Assembly (NCBI GenBank): GCA_964035545.1
Contig: OZ037768.1
Location: forward strand, 8,030,741-8,094,740
Origin: Bugula neritina
Taxonomy: Eukaryota > Animalia > Bryozoa
DNA: 64,000 nt
Direction of reading: 5' to 3'
The notes beneath the pieces are model-generated. The model did not search any database. It was not told the origin of the DNA and saw only the letters and a program-made list of their open reading frames with translations. Position numbers and translations under genes: made by a program. Positions within the stretch are counted from its first letter, which is position 1. Every line of letters begins with the position of its first letter. Shown piece by piece: positions 1 through 13,838 of the stretch.

Positions 1-454
1 CTAGTAGATAGTCATGATAATCATTATATATTACACCATTGAGGGAATATACATGTATTTGACTGAAATAAATTGTGATTTGCTCATTTGCTTCCCCTCT
101 TCCCTCCGTACTTCAGTCACAAACCTCAGTCATGCATGCACCTTAGCTACAGTCCATAGAAAAAAGTCTACTCGGATTTTTGTAGTACACGTTACTAAAG
201 TTTTTTTTTAATAAACGTTGCTCTGAAGTGAAAATAACAGAACATTTTTAGTTCTAAACAGTAATGATAATGGCATTGCAGAACTGAGTGACGTGCGTTT
301 GATTTTGCCTTCCTCTGCTAACCGTAGTAACACAAACTGTACAGCTAAAACATGAATTTTGCTGTAGATCTGAAAGAGAATCTTTATTTATTTGTAATAT
401 TAAATAAATAAAGATCAGATGTAACAAAATATACGCAAAATTTCAATATATTTG

Positions 455-685
455 TTGTGTCCCATTGTACCCCGGTACCGGGGCACAATGGGCCGATTTT
501 TTTGTCGTGAACATTTCATTATTCTGAAAGTTGTGAGAGAGATAGAAACAAAAAACTGATACCTGTAATAGACAACATATGCAGCATTAAAACTAGAGAT
601 TATTGAACTAGTAACTTGAAAAACAGACAAATGAGAGCAACAAATGCAAAATTCGGCCCGTTGTGCCCCCCCCCCCCCCCGTTAC

Positions 686-690
<5 letters not shown>
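455..690. mobile_element. Probable end of a non-autonomous DNA transposon
   Basis: GC-rich motif (GG)CCC(A/G)TTGT(A/G)CCCC occurs three times (palindrome 461-492, terminal copy 655-670). The segment ends GTTACCCC directly against a TA run. The other terminus was not found. Confidence 0.45.

Positions 691-746
<56 letters not shown>
689..746. repeat. (TA)n microsatellite
   Basis: Direct read. Confidence 0.97.
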
Positions 747-749
<3 letters not shown>

Positions 750-913
750 CTAGACTACTTGAAGCCAAGATGAGTACGTTTAAGTTTTTTACAGGAAACA
801 TTCAGTGGTGCAAGGGAAACAACTCTTATCAAGATTTTTTAGAAGAAATATCTTACAAATGAGAGACACTTTTAGAGAAAGTTTCAACATTTTATTTGAA
901 TGCATTGACCGAA

Positions 914-3900
914 ATGCTTTGCCATAATCTCTATATTACTGTGTTTGTGCTAAGATTATGCATTGCGCTTAGTGATAAACTTAGCTCTCAAAAACAGCTA
1001 AAAAGGAAAGAACACGACAGCTTTGTTTATGAAAAGCATAAGAAAAGTCAAAGCTCAGACAAATCAAGAGATGAGCTAGTTAAGATTTCTCTACAAGCTT
1101 CTCATCAGCTAGAAACTAATATTGCACATACATATACACTGAACTCACTTGAAGATGTCAACAAGTTTAAAAGCGAAATGACTGAACTTAGTGAAAACAT
1201 ACAGCTGACTATTATCAGAAGAAGTAGCTCGTCTCTGATTTTAAACTTAAAACACAGCCCACTACTAATTTCTAAAAATTTCTTTACAAAGTATTTTACT
1301 TCAAGTGGAGCTCCGGTTATCAAGAGTGCGGATGAACAGGATGTTGAGCTTGCACATTGTTTCTTCACTGGTAATGTTCAAAATCAAGTGTATTCAATGG
1401 TTTCACTAAATTTTTGTAATGGAGTCAAAGGTACTATAGAACTATTTAACAGCACATATAGGATAACACCAACGGTCATAAGTGACAAACTAAATCATCA
1501 CTTGTACCTGATGAATACAACCAACAGGAAGGATGAGTTGAAGAAGTGTGGTACTGAAGAGGCACACCATTTTAGCAAAAGCAAAAATTTCAGCAATTCA
1601 ACAAATTATGCAAAAAACCAAAACAAACGAGAATTGAATCAGAAAAGACCAGTTGCCGGTTACAGTTCAACAACTAAATACGTAGAAATGGTTCTTGTCA
1701 TGGACAACAGCCAATTTCGAAGAGCAGGCAGTATTGAAGCTACAGTTGTCCGAGCAATGACTCTTGTGAATCACGCAAACTTTTTACTGAAGCAATTAGA
1801 TATCTACATTGCAGTGATTAGCTTAGAAATCTGGAATGATAGAGACAAAATCCCGTACCCTGAAGCAAGGGATGGTTCAGGGGGTGTCAACCACAATCAA
1901 CTTTTAAGTAACCTTAGAAGATATCGGCAGCATAAACTGAACTGGAATCTTCCTAATGACAACATCCAATTATTTTCAACTGTAGACTTTGAAGGCAGCA
2001 CAATAGGTTTGGGTTCAACAAAAGGCATCTGCTCTCAGCCTAATAACGGAGGTATTACGTCAGACACAATAGAAGATGATCCTATTCGAGCAGCCACAAC
2101 TATGGCTCATGAGCTTGGTCATAACTTGGGTTTAAAACACACCAGTGCCTTTAGAGATGAGGCGTGTCTATGTGAAGATCCTGCTGATCCAGAATACACA
2201 GACTGTATCATGAACCCGTCCTCGTCTTGTATGTAATAATAATTATTATTACATAAATTGAATTTGACTTCAGATAATTGTCTGTTGTTATATACATAGC
2301 TGTTAACTGCTACTATATCGCATAAACTATTGAAAACTTTAAATAAACATTTTTAGTTTAGATTGGTCTCCACCTAAGCGTAAAATAAAAACAAGTGTAG
2401 ATGACTGAAGCAGTTTAGTGATTCTTCCAGCTGTCTAGTTTTATTATATTAGAGAGCAATTTAAATATATTTCGCTAGATTTAAGCGAAATGCTCTAGTG
2501 AGATAATTTAAGCCAATATTTAGCTATGCTTTTAGCTCTGGTAACACGCTATGCAGCTTACCACTAACAAGGTATTTAAAACCCACAACAACCCAACATG
2601 GTTTGAACAAATACTTAGCTAGAAGGCAAATAATTTTACGTTAGAAAATCTCCGTAACCTGTACATGTTGATGTACTCACTTTTCTTTTGTCTTCGCACA
2701 ACGAAACATTTGCATTGAACAATATTAGTTGATTCATTTATAGTCATCACAGTTATAAATCTGCGTATTTAGAAAACATTTCCCCATTAACACCTCCTCA
2801 TTAATTCAGCAAATTATACATATTTATGTTTTGAGTGCTGTTCAAATTAAAAAATTTTTTTTTAAACTTTACATACTAACTTTTTCTCATTTAACACACC
2901 ATATTGTTGTAAAGCAACAGAATACTTATTTAGCTATATTCATTTAACTTTTGTTTCAGACTATAGACAGCCTATAAGATGGTCTCCCTGTAACATAGCC
3001 AACATGTTGAAGTTAGCTGAAGGTAACCTCTATCATTGTCTTGAAAACATTCCAGAAACATTAGCAAAAAGTAGCAGAAACACTGCATTTTGTGGCAACT
3101 TCTTCGTTGAAGAAGGTAAGATTGTAAATACATAGAGAGTATGTTTTAAAAATACAGTACATGTCCATGTCAATATTGTGATAATTTTTTATTATCGGAC
3201 TAAATTTCGAAAATAAAATGTTAGTTTTACAAGTTTATCACACTCACGTTATTTTTTATCATTTTGAATAAGTATTTTGCAATTAAATTCTTTTCAATTC
3301 TGAAACATTTGGTGTTTGCAATGTTGAAACATGAAGAAATATATAACTTATAGGTTAACTTATACACTGTCTAACAGAATGAAAGCAATATATCAATTGT
3401 GTGCCTTTGCACATTATTACTTCTCTAATTACCATAAATATATTTTGTTTTTGTGGTTGCAAAAAAATTAGCAGAAAATTGCAGAATAAATCTGACAGTT
3501 GCGTATTATTGGTCAGCTTTGTCCCACTTAGTATCAATATAGTAAATTTAATTACCTCTGTATCAATATGGTAACTTCAATCCACTCTGTATTAATGGAG
3601 TAAGTTTTTTTAAAATAAAAGGTGAGTATTTTTGCTTGTTTTGACTGTATCACACTTTTACACAGATACTATTATATAGGTAAGTATAAGCCCCACATTA
3701 TGTATCATTATTTGGTAAATCACTATTCAATGATCACATGTAATAAAGCTTCCTTTGCTATCTTATTTGCTTCAAGTAATAGAATGATTATAAGTTTTGG
3801 ACATTTATATATTTTCTTCAGCATATGTTTACCTGAACAGGTAGAACCAAGCCTATCTGGAAATATAGAATATAATTATTATATTCAGATATATTTTATA

Positions 3901-6900
3901 GAAGAAGAGTGTGACTGTGGCCAACCAGAGTATTGTCAGAGTAATTGTTGTGACCCAACAACCTGTAAACTACACAGTAATGCTACATGTGCTACAGGTA
4001 AATAATTATCTCAACTCATTACTGATATGCATGTTGACTGTATGCATTTTTATAATATAAGATTTTTATGTATTTATAATACTTTTTTTCGAAAAACAAA
4101 ATATCTCCAACATAATAATATGTCTATACTCTATAGTCTATACCTATACAAATAATTTTAATACTTTTTATTGTTGCAAATATTACAATAACTACATTTT
4201 TTTAAATAAAGTTTGTTTTTAGATAAATTTGCTAAATATTGAAAAAGTCAACTATATCATTATTCTGTTGAATTCATACTTTTATTTTTGTATTATTTCT
4301 TTTCCTGCTTTTGACCACAGCGTGATTTCAGATTGAAAATATTGAGAGATGGAAGTTTGCCAATATTTCTTTGAAAAATACTTGTTTTTGTAGTGATTAG
4401 TTTCACTTTGTTATTCTAAACTCTCAAGCATTGAAAGTTTTTCTCAAATGTATTTCAAAGATATTGTCAAACTGAAAGTGGTGCCAACAGTTATCAAATA
4501 TTTAAACAAGCACTATATTATTTATAAACCAGACCTAGTGTTACAAACACGGCCATAATATTATATTAAACATATACATAAAACAAAATGATCCCAGCAT
4601 ACTATTAAGATATATAGTGAAAATTAAAGTGATCAAGCAGCCAAACTGGTGTTAGGCTCAAATTACCCAAAAAATATAACAAAAAATTGGTGCTATATGT
4701 CTAATGCTCTCTAATTTTTATAGTCATCTTTTATAACAACTTGAGCACTTTATTAAAACATTATTAATTGCATTAAGTGTAGGCCTACTACTTAAAAGAT
4801 CTTTAAACTTTTACATAAGAATATAGATTTAGATTACAACTATAACTTAATAATAGTTTAATTTTTTACTCAGTTTCCTTCAATTGTATAAGGTCTTTTA
4901 CTAATGATACTATTTTTATCACTCTCAACTGTTACTTTGTCCAGGATCCTGCTGTGACCTTGAGACATGTACTGTTCGTCCAATCTCATACCCATGTCGT
5001 TCAGTGCAAGATTCACAGTGTGATCTACCTGAAACATGTGACGGGGATAGTGAATGGTGTCCCATTATAGATACATATAAACGTGATGGAACTGAGTGTA
5101 CAAACGTAGAACAAGGCTATTGCTATGAAGGGAAATGTAATACCCACAGTTCTCAGTGCCAGCTCATTTGGGGTGTGGAGAATGAAGCTAAGAGGTCAGA
5201 TGACGTCTGCTACGTGAAAAGCAACAATGCCAGTACGATCAACCAGGCATATGCTTCTTGACTATACGTTTATTTATGTTTACATATTTCAACACAAGGA
5301 AATACCTAATTGTGTGCACGCAATATACACCTCAATTTTATGTTAAAGTTGGTGTTGATGTTGAGTATATAGAAACAAGCTACCCAGAGTGGAAAGACTG
5401 TCAAAAGTTAAAGTCTGGTTTTGTCTTATTTCAATGGCCCGCCACAGACTTATAATAACTTTTTAAATTTTTTTATGAACATAACTTAAATTTTTTTCAT
5501 AACAGGAAGTTTACTTCAAACCTGCCATCTAATATGAGAACAGATAAAAATTAATTAAAGGAAAGAAGACATTTGAAAACAATAATTTCACAGAAAAATG
5601 CTTTTCTAATGTGTGAGATTATTTCATCGCCTCTTTGATTAAATGAATATTTGTTTCAAATAACCAGAAATTACCATTTGCTGCCTTTTTCTTATATCAT
5701 TTTTGTAGGTGCTTATTTTGGAAACTGTGGCTGGGAAACTGACGGATTAAATACTTACTCAACTACTATATATTATATAAAAAAGATTTTTAAAAGCTGT
5801 GAAACAGAGAATGACAAACTATGTGGAATGCTGCACTGCTATTTTATAGCTGAATCTATAGATGAAATAGAAGCAAAGTTAGTAAACTTTCCTTTACTGA
5901 AACATTTACGAGTGGTAGACGGACACAAGTGTGCTATTACTTCTTTTGACGTTGGTAAGGGCTACATAGTAACAAAGTAGCTTATTCAAAATAAATTTTG
6001 AAACTTAACATGCAGTAAGTAGCCTAAATTTTTTAAGATCACAGAGTTCTTAAAGTCATGTATTACCAAGATCAGAAAACAATCGTTAAAATTGTAATTA
6101 TAATTAGTTTGAATTATTATTGATTATGCAGCACCAAAAGCAAATTTACATTATACAGTTGATTATTTCTATTTTTTATCCAAAATATACAGACACAAGT
6201 AAAAATATAAAACAGCTATATATTAATAATAGTTTTGACTGCATTTAAGTCACAAGTAGACAAGACTGCGTTTTAGTGTCGAGTACAACAGTTCTTCTGT
6301 GCAGTAAAGCGATTAGAATTGATAAAAGTATTAATACTAATATAGCAAGTATTATAATTGATTATAAATAGCTTAAATATTAATTTCACAAACTTCAATA
6401 CCATAATTATGTTACTGTTATGTAATCTAATACCTATTTTCCAAAGTGTTCAGTTTTAACTTTCACAAATAAATATTTTTACAAACAAATAAGTTATAAT
6501 TTTTTAATTTAATGTTTGCTATTGTTATTATGTGTTAACTTTTTTAATAGTTTGCATAGTAATTTATACAAATAAACACATGTTACCATTTCAGGTTTAT
6601 ACACACACGATCCTGGCCAGGTGCCAAATGGAGCAAAATGTGCCACCAACAGTATGTGTGTCAACTCCAAGTGTGTACCTGTACCCCAACAACCTGAGTC
6701 ATGTGACTGTAATGGTAGAGGTGTCTGTAACCAGCTCAATCAATGTCATTGTGACATAGGCTGGGCTCCACCAGACTGCATGCGAAGAGGAAAGGGAGGT
6801 TCTCTTGCCAGCCAACCAACTGTTATTTTAAAGCCACACCTATCTTTAATAGCAGGTAATGGTGATGTTGGATTTACTACAGCATATCAGTATAGTCATG

Positions 6901-8633
6901 TTTTCTGTATTAATAAAAACTGGACTAGATATACTTTCACAGCTTTGAAAAATGGTAAAGTAACTCCAAACAACCTAAAGTCTCACTAAATTGTTGCAAA
7001 ACTACTACAGAATGAGCTTTAAAGATTGATTAAATAGGAAATCATATACCTGGCGTCAGCCAAAATACTGACATATCTTTTATTTATATTAAAACTACTA
7101 ATTGCTTTAAGAACCTAAATTATTTACATCATATGATCTTTTGCTTGAAGGTCTGGCATCTTTCTTTGGTGTTGCACTAATGACAGCCGTTGCCATAGCG
7201 ATAGGATACAGACGTAAAACAGATATTAAACAATTTTTCAACAAACATCGCAGGTCTGATAGTTATCAATTACATGTAATTTTAGATTAGCTTTAGTTCT
7301 AGGTACAACTAAAAGATTATAAATCCATGATTCATTTTATACATGTAAAAACTACTTCTTTATTTAATTTTTAAAAGCTCAATTGTTGAGTAACTAGTGC
7401 CTTTTGGAGGTCTAAAGCTTAGGTAAATGAGAGACAATTTCTAATTTAACTTTGAACAAAATCCTAGAAGCATTTTAATTGTTTGAGCTTGGATACTTGA
7501 AAAGGCAGCTAAAGAAAAAAATTTAAAAACTCAATATTGCTTCTCTTCCCATTCCTAGGTGATAAAGCATTAACTAAATAGTTTAAAATAGGATTTTCTT
7601 ATCAAAAATAAAGTCAATATAAATCAGGATGTTTGCTATAACTAAGCTCTGTCATTATATAAATTAGTCATACTTGTTGACCTCTAAAAACAGATCACCA
7701 ATTATCACATATTTTTTGTTTTAGCAAAGAGAATAACTTGAGTCTTCATCAAACTCCACCAGATAAGTCAGCGTCTGCAACTCCTGATAACCTTGCTGTT
7801 CCTAAGCAACCAAAGTATTCAACTACTGCAAGTGAAAATAGTGATGTAACACCTTCAACTAAAGCTGAACCAATTCCCAGCAAACGTAAGTGGGTCATTT
7901 TACTTAACTTAGTAGACACTAGAAATCTTCGATTTTTAGCTATGTTTTATAATTTAGCTGCTAATGAACATGGGTTTTTGCCCAAAACTAGTAAAATATG
8001 AATGAACACACCTAAATAATCAAGGTTCTTTTTAATTTTGCTTGATTTCTCTTTTTTTTCTAATTATTCAGCTACTTTTGATTTCGGAGAGTTTTGTTTT
8101 TTTCGTAACTCTCTGCAATCAAAAGTAGCTGAATAAATAAAAAAAACGTGAGAAATCAAGCAAAATAAGGAAGAACTGATTATTTAAATGTCTTCATTCA
8201 TATTTTACTAGTTTTGGGCAAAAGCCCTTGTTCATTAGCAACTAATTTGTGAAAAACAGCTAAAAAATGGAGATTCCCAGTGTGTACTAAAATAAGTAAA
8301 ATGATCCAAGTGTTTTCTTCTTCTTTTCTATCATATAAGCAATACAATAGTTGTCAAAAAGAGAGGGGTTTGGTTTATGCTCAATGAACCACTTCGATTT
8401 TCACATATACATACTTGCATGCATATATTAAGTTTTTGGCACTCCATAAATACTTCTTTCTAAAATAAGATATATTTGGAAACCTTGTTTTAGCAGCTAC
8501 CTCTACAGAAAAGCCACTAAGCACTATAAATATCTCTCCTCAGAAGGCTTCATCTAGAAGTAAATCTAAGCGGTTAGAGAAGGTTTCCACTTCACCTTCA
8601 GTACCTAAACGCAAAGGATCCAAGGTTAAATGA
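914..8633 (+). CDS. ADAM metalloprotease, tandem copy 1 (membrane-anchored, zinc motif intact)
   Basis: Exons 914-2228, 2960-3115, 3902-3997, 4945-5232, 5709-5954, 6595-6855, 7151-7253, 7725-7885, 8494-8633, all GT-AG and frame-compatible. Signal peptide MLCHNLY..., Cys-switch KKCGT, basic cleavage site [14 protein letters not shown], Met-turn CIM, disintegrin [47 protein letters not shown]. Confidence 0.93.
7892..8307. mobile_element. Foldback/palindromic MITE in last intron of copy 1
   Basis: Two ~200-bp imperfect inverted arms (GGGTCATTTTACTTA...TAAGTAAAATGATCC), flanked by AAGT duplication. Copies 2 and 3 have the empty site CGTAAGTGTTTTCTTC. Confidence 0.9.
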
Positions 8634-9120
8634 ATTTAATTACCAGAATAAGATACAAGATGCAGTACAATAACAGAATTAATTTTATTCAAGGTTCAAA
8701 AGTAAGATTGATGATGTAGCTGTAGATGACTATCACAATAGTTTATAGTGTAAGCTGTTTTATATAACAATATAAACCAACATTTTAGTATTTTCTAGAT
8801 GTGTTAAGTTTACTATTGTTCAAGTTCTTATAAGGTGCACATCTGAGACAATAGTTTTGTTGTGGTTTGCTCAAGCCAAAAAAATCAGAGCTTTAAGAAC
8901 ATGGTGTTTCTAACTGCATAGTTATTTGTACTTGTGTTCAATAATACATGTGAATGCTTGTGATTATATACTTGTGTGCTGCGACCTTTCGAGTCTTTGC
9001 CTTTCTTATAATATAATAAAGCAGACTAATAAAGTTACACAGATAGCTTATTGTGTGTTAATAATGTATATACTTTACAATGTACATGCATAATTAGTAA
9101 AAATATAAAATTAAGATATC

Positions 9121-9304
9121 CCTGTAAGAAACCCTTGATGGAAAAAGGTTTTGGTAGATCAGGCTAAAGACGAATTGTTTAGATAAGGCACAGGAGCAAT
9201 TAAGACTGGATGCTCTTCCTAGCATCACCAATAGCCTTTGCCTGAGTTTGAACCTATGCCTTCGTGTTCACTAAGCAAACGCTCTAACCCTTTGACCACG
9301 GCTG
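9121..9304 (-). mobile_element. tRNA-derived SINE
   Basis: Minus strand shows A-box-like TGGTCAAAGGGTT and B-box GGTTCAAACTC followed by a body with AGGAAGAGCATCCAG; related copy at 26618-26816. Confidence 0.75.
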
Positions 9305-10220
9305 ATGAATAGTAATATGGTATGAAAATGAGAAATATAAGGATGAATGAATAATTTAAAGTAAGTTGAGCTGAAGGAAATTTTTACCTCTGATCAATAT
9401 GGCAGCAACAAAAACTAAGTTTAGTTAAGCAAATATATGCAGGTAAAAAACAAAACTATGTATTACAAATAAACTTAGAATGTGCTCAGAAACACTAAGC
9501 TATATTCAAACACAACTGAGTGTAGCTTATGGCAATGGGAGAAATAGTGCACATTGGCAAATACAAAGCTATAAATTATTAAAATGGAAATGTTGAGTTG
9601 GTGACAATTTGTAGATATTTATATATAAAAAAAAACTCTCACCTCAATCACCTAAAATTTACCATTTTCACCGAAGTATTTGCAATATGTCTACCAAATT
9701 TTGTTTTATTAGAATTTTTGCAAATATTCATAATTATTGTTTTTTAAAGTTATCAAACCGTACATCCTTACACAGCTAGGCCAAGCTCATAAGTAGAAAT
9801 GTTATATTAACAATATTATTTGCATGCATTCAACACAAGATGCTCATCATATGTCTGTAGCTGTTTCTGCTATTACTATTGTTAGCACAACTCTGTGAAA
9901 TATGAACATCAAATGATGAAAGTAACAATATATACATTGTTGAATGTATTAGTTTAGATGTAATTGAGACATGGGAGTAGATTTTCGAAAACTCATTTTA
10001 TATCCTCTGGCAGGAAACAAATGAGAATTCAACTAGATTTACAATTACCAACCAAATTGGAAGTCAAAAGTGGTAACCAGACATGATGTATTAATTTTAT
10101 GGGTTTTGGCAAGGAATTTGACAGAGCTAAAAGTTTAATATATTTATATGTTATAGATGATAAATTTTTCGTCATAATTAAGCTTAATGCAACTTATGAG
10201 AAGAAGAGTTGACTAACAAG

Positions 10221-13200
10221 ATGCGCCTTGGTGTATGTGGCTTAATTCTCATCATAGAAACCTGTGTAGGACTGAATGATGAATTTCCTTCTAAGGAATT
10301 GCATCTCAACAAAACCTCAATGGACTATAAACATCAACCAAATGTTGAAACTCGAAGCACAAAAACCAACTCAAATGGATCGAGATATGAGTTGGTTAAG
10401 ATTTCTCTACAAGCTTCTCATCAGCTAGAAACTAATATTGCACATACATATACACTGAACTCACTTGAAGATGTCAACAAGTTTAAAAGCAAATTGACTG
10501 AACTTAGTGAAAGCATACAGCTGACTATTATCAGAAGAAGTAGTTCGTCTCTGATTCTAAACTTAAAACACAGCCCACTACTAATTTCTAAAAAATTCTT
10601 TAAAAAGTATTTTACTTCAAGTGGAGCTCCAGTTATCAAGAGTGCGGATGAACAGGATGTTGAGTTTGCACATTGTTTCTTTACTGGTAATGTTCAAAAT
10701 CAAGTGTATTCAATGGTTTCACTAAATTTATGTAATGGAGTCAAAGGTACTATAGAACTATCTAACCGCACATATAGGATAACACCAACGGTAATAAGTA
10801 ACAAACTAAATCATCACTTGTACCTGATGAATACAACCAAGAGGAATGGGGAGTTGAAAAAGTGTGGTACTAACGAGGCAGATTATTTTAGCAAAAACAA
10901 ACCTTCAAACTATTCAATGCACTCTGTCAAAAATATAAAGAAACGCCAAGTTAAGCTTCCAGCTGGCTACAGTTCAGTAACTCGTTATGTGGAAATGGTT
11001 GTTGTCATGGATAATAGTGAGTTTCGAAGAGCAGGCAGTATTGATGCTACAATTGTTAGAGCAATGACCATTGTGAGCTATGCAAACACTTTGTTGAGGC
11101 AATTAGATATCTACATTGTAGTTGTTAGCATAGAAATCTGGAATGATTATAACAAAATCCCGTACTTCAACCACATGGATTATCCAGAAAGCATCGATCA
11201 TGATAAACTTTTAAATAGTCTTATAAGATATCGTCAGTATAAGTTGAACTGGAATCTTCCTAACGACAACATTCAACTACTCTCAGCTTTAAATTTTGCA
11301 GGCAACTTCATAGGGTTAGGTTCAACAGAAGGCATCTGCTCTCAGAGTAATAACGGAGGTATTACGTCAGACACTATAGAAGAGAATCCTATTCGAGCAG
11401 CCACAACTATGGTACACGAATTTGGTCACAACCTCGGTTTGGGACACAGCGACAATTTTGAAGACAAAGCCTGCCAGTGTGAAGATCCAATTGATCCCGA
11501 ATTCACAGACTGTATCATGCACTCATCTTCATCTGGTATGCATTGCTTCTTTACTAAGTGGTATGAATTAATATTTTCGATATGTCCTAGACTGTTTTAT
11601 AATGTGAAAATATGAGTAGCAACTTTTACAGTTTAGTTTAGGTCAGCACTTGCTTGTGTATAACACAAAGTTTCAGTTTCTAGAATAGCAGTATTATAGA
11701 AATGTTGTTAAAAGTAGTAACTAAAGTTGTAAAAAAACTGCTTCTATCTATTGAAAAAAGCCAAACTGAATGGCTCAAACTAGGAAGTCAGTAAGCTAAC
11801 CATTACCCAATAGGAGTTTCTGGAGTATCAAAACAGCAAATTATTTTATTCAGTTTTCCAAAAACAAACTGGCCCCCCCCCCCCATTATTTCTAGCTGCT
11901 AGTTTTTAGGCTCCATGAGTTCTTTAATTTCTTATGCTGAGAATCAGATCACGACAGAAAGATGTAAATTATTGAATTGATACATATAGCATCTATACTC
12001 CCTAAAATGGAAACTATGAAAGTAACACATAAAAAGATATAGCATTTCTTTGCCTAAGTTTAAGCACATTCTACAATACATATGGCTATACATGTAACTA
12101 TGCTAAAGTGTTTACTTTGGGCTCTGCAGTTTGAAGCAACACATTGTGAGTGTATATAAAAAATTGCATTGATGGGCCTTAGTTAATTCATCTATACTCA
12201 TTAGTCAGAAACTTATGCGTAAAAAGTATTTGCTTATTATCTTCTTAGCATGCAAATGATAATAAAAAAAATTCATTTTCCAGTAAGCCTACTGTTGAAA
12301 CTGGAAAATATCTTTTGAATTTCAAATGCTAGCTTTTCCTATTATTTAGAAACCACCTTGGGACTAAATAGAATAATTATTAGTAATCAAATCAACCTTT
12401 GTTTCAGCATATAAACAATCTGTAAGGTGGTCATCTTGTAACAGAGCCCAAATGTTGAAGTTTGCTGAAGGCAACCTCTATCAGTGTCTGGAGAACATTC
12501 CAGAAATATTGGTAAAGAGTAGCAGAAACACTGCATTCTGTGGCAATTTCTTTGTTGAAGAAGGTAAGATTGCAAAAGTATGTTTAAAATATCTTAAATG
12601 TCCACATCAATGTGGTGACAACTTATTACTATATTCAAGTAAATTGTGAACACAACATATGTTAGTTCCACAATACGATCACACTCACTCTATTTTTTTT
12701 TATTTCAAATAAGCATTTTACAAAATAATAATTTTTAATCTAGCTATACTGCTTGAAGTATTTGCAACTAATGATTTCAAAATAAATAAATATATAACTA
12801 GGCCAAAGATATGCTTTAATACACTGTTTAACAGAATGATAATATAATATTTTTGTAGTAATATAGCAATGTTATACTGATTATTATAAAGGAGTTTTGT
12901 AGTTGAGGTTTATATGAAATACAACTTAGCAAAAACTTGCCCAACAAATTTGACAGTTGTATGCATTCTTGGTCAGAGTTTAAGTCATTAAAGAAGGTTT
13001 TGAAGATAAGAGGCTATTATACTACAACTTGTTTTACTGCGCTATACTTTCACACAAATACCTAACCTAAATTGGTACATGATATTGTCATTTATAGTTT
13101 GCAAGTCACGCTCCAGTCATAATATTTGATGTAGGTATTTTGTTTTTAGTTGCTTAGAGTAGTACAATGAATAAGTTTATACATTTGTTTTCTTTTGCAT

Positions 13201-13806
13201 ATGTTTACCTGAACAGGTAGAACCAAGCCTATCTGGAAATAGAGAGTATAGTTTTTATATTCTGATATATTTTATAGAGGAAGAGTGTGACTGTGGTCAA
13301 CCAGAGTATTGTCAGAGTAATTGTTGTGATCCAACAACATGTAAACTACACAGTAATGCTACATGTGCTACAGGTAAATAATTATTTCAGCTCAAAACTG
13401 ATATGCTGACTATTTCTGTTTATGCTATGTTTGCTTTATAGATTCAGAGACCGGTCAAAGAGTTTAAGATAGTTTATTGCTCAAGATATTAAAGGTCCAC
13501 TCTGGATAGATCTAAAAGCACAAACTGACTATTATTAATAACACGAATAACATAGTATAAAGTATAAACCTTTACAAACAAAGACAAAGCTTATTCAGCA
13601 TATCATCAACATCCCCTTTACAAATCTTTGACAATGTTGAACAAACAAACGAAAAAAAAACTAAACAAAAATTAAGAATTGATACGTGAACAAGTAATAC
13701 GATTTTGTTATTAATAGTCTATAGAAGATTAGCATATTATTACAAGATTGTCTCTCTTGTTAATTTAAAGTACATTATATTATTTTCTGGGTTCGGGCTA
13801 TTTAAA

Positions 13807-13838
<32 letters not shown>

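Noticed and set aside
644-862. ORF with YI repeats
   Set aside because: Translation of a C-run and (TA)n.
1105-1368. Recurrent ~87-aa antisense ORF (also at 10421, 25356, 34612, 42897)
   Set aside because: Shadow of the near-identical prodomain sequence; no independent evidence of coding.
896-2236. Large ORFs as complete intronless secreted metalloproteases
   Set aside because: Each has a conserved phase-1 GT donor just after the Met-turn and matching downstream exons; the ORF-track ends are intron read-through, although short isoforms cannot be excluded.
4945-5060. RGD-type disintegrin
   Set aside because: The loop reads QDSQCD, an ECD-like variant, with no RGD.
8600-8633. C-terminal dilysine ER-retrieval signal (..KGSKVK)
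   Set aside because: Lysines are not at -3/-4 or -3/-5 and the pattern is not conserved among copies.
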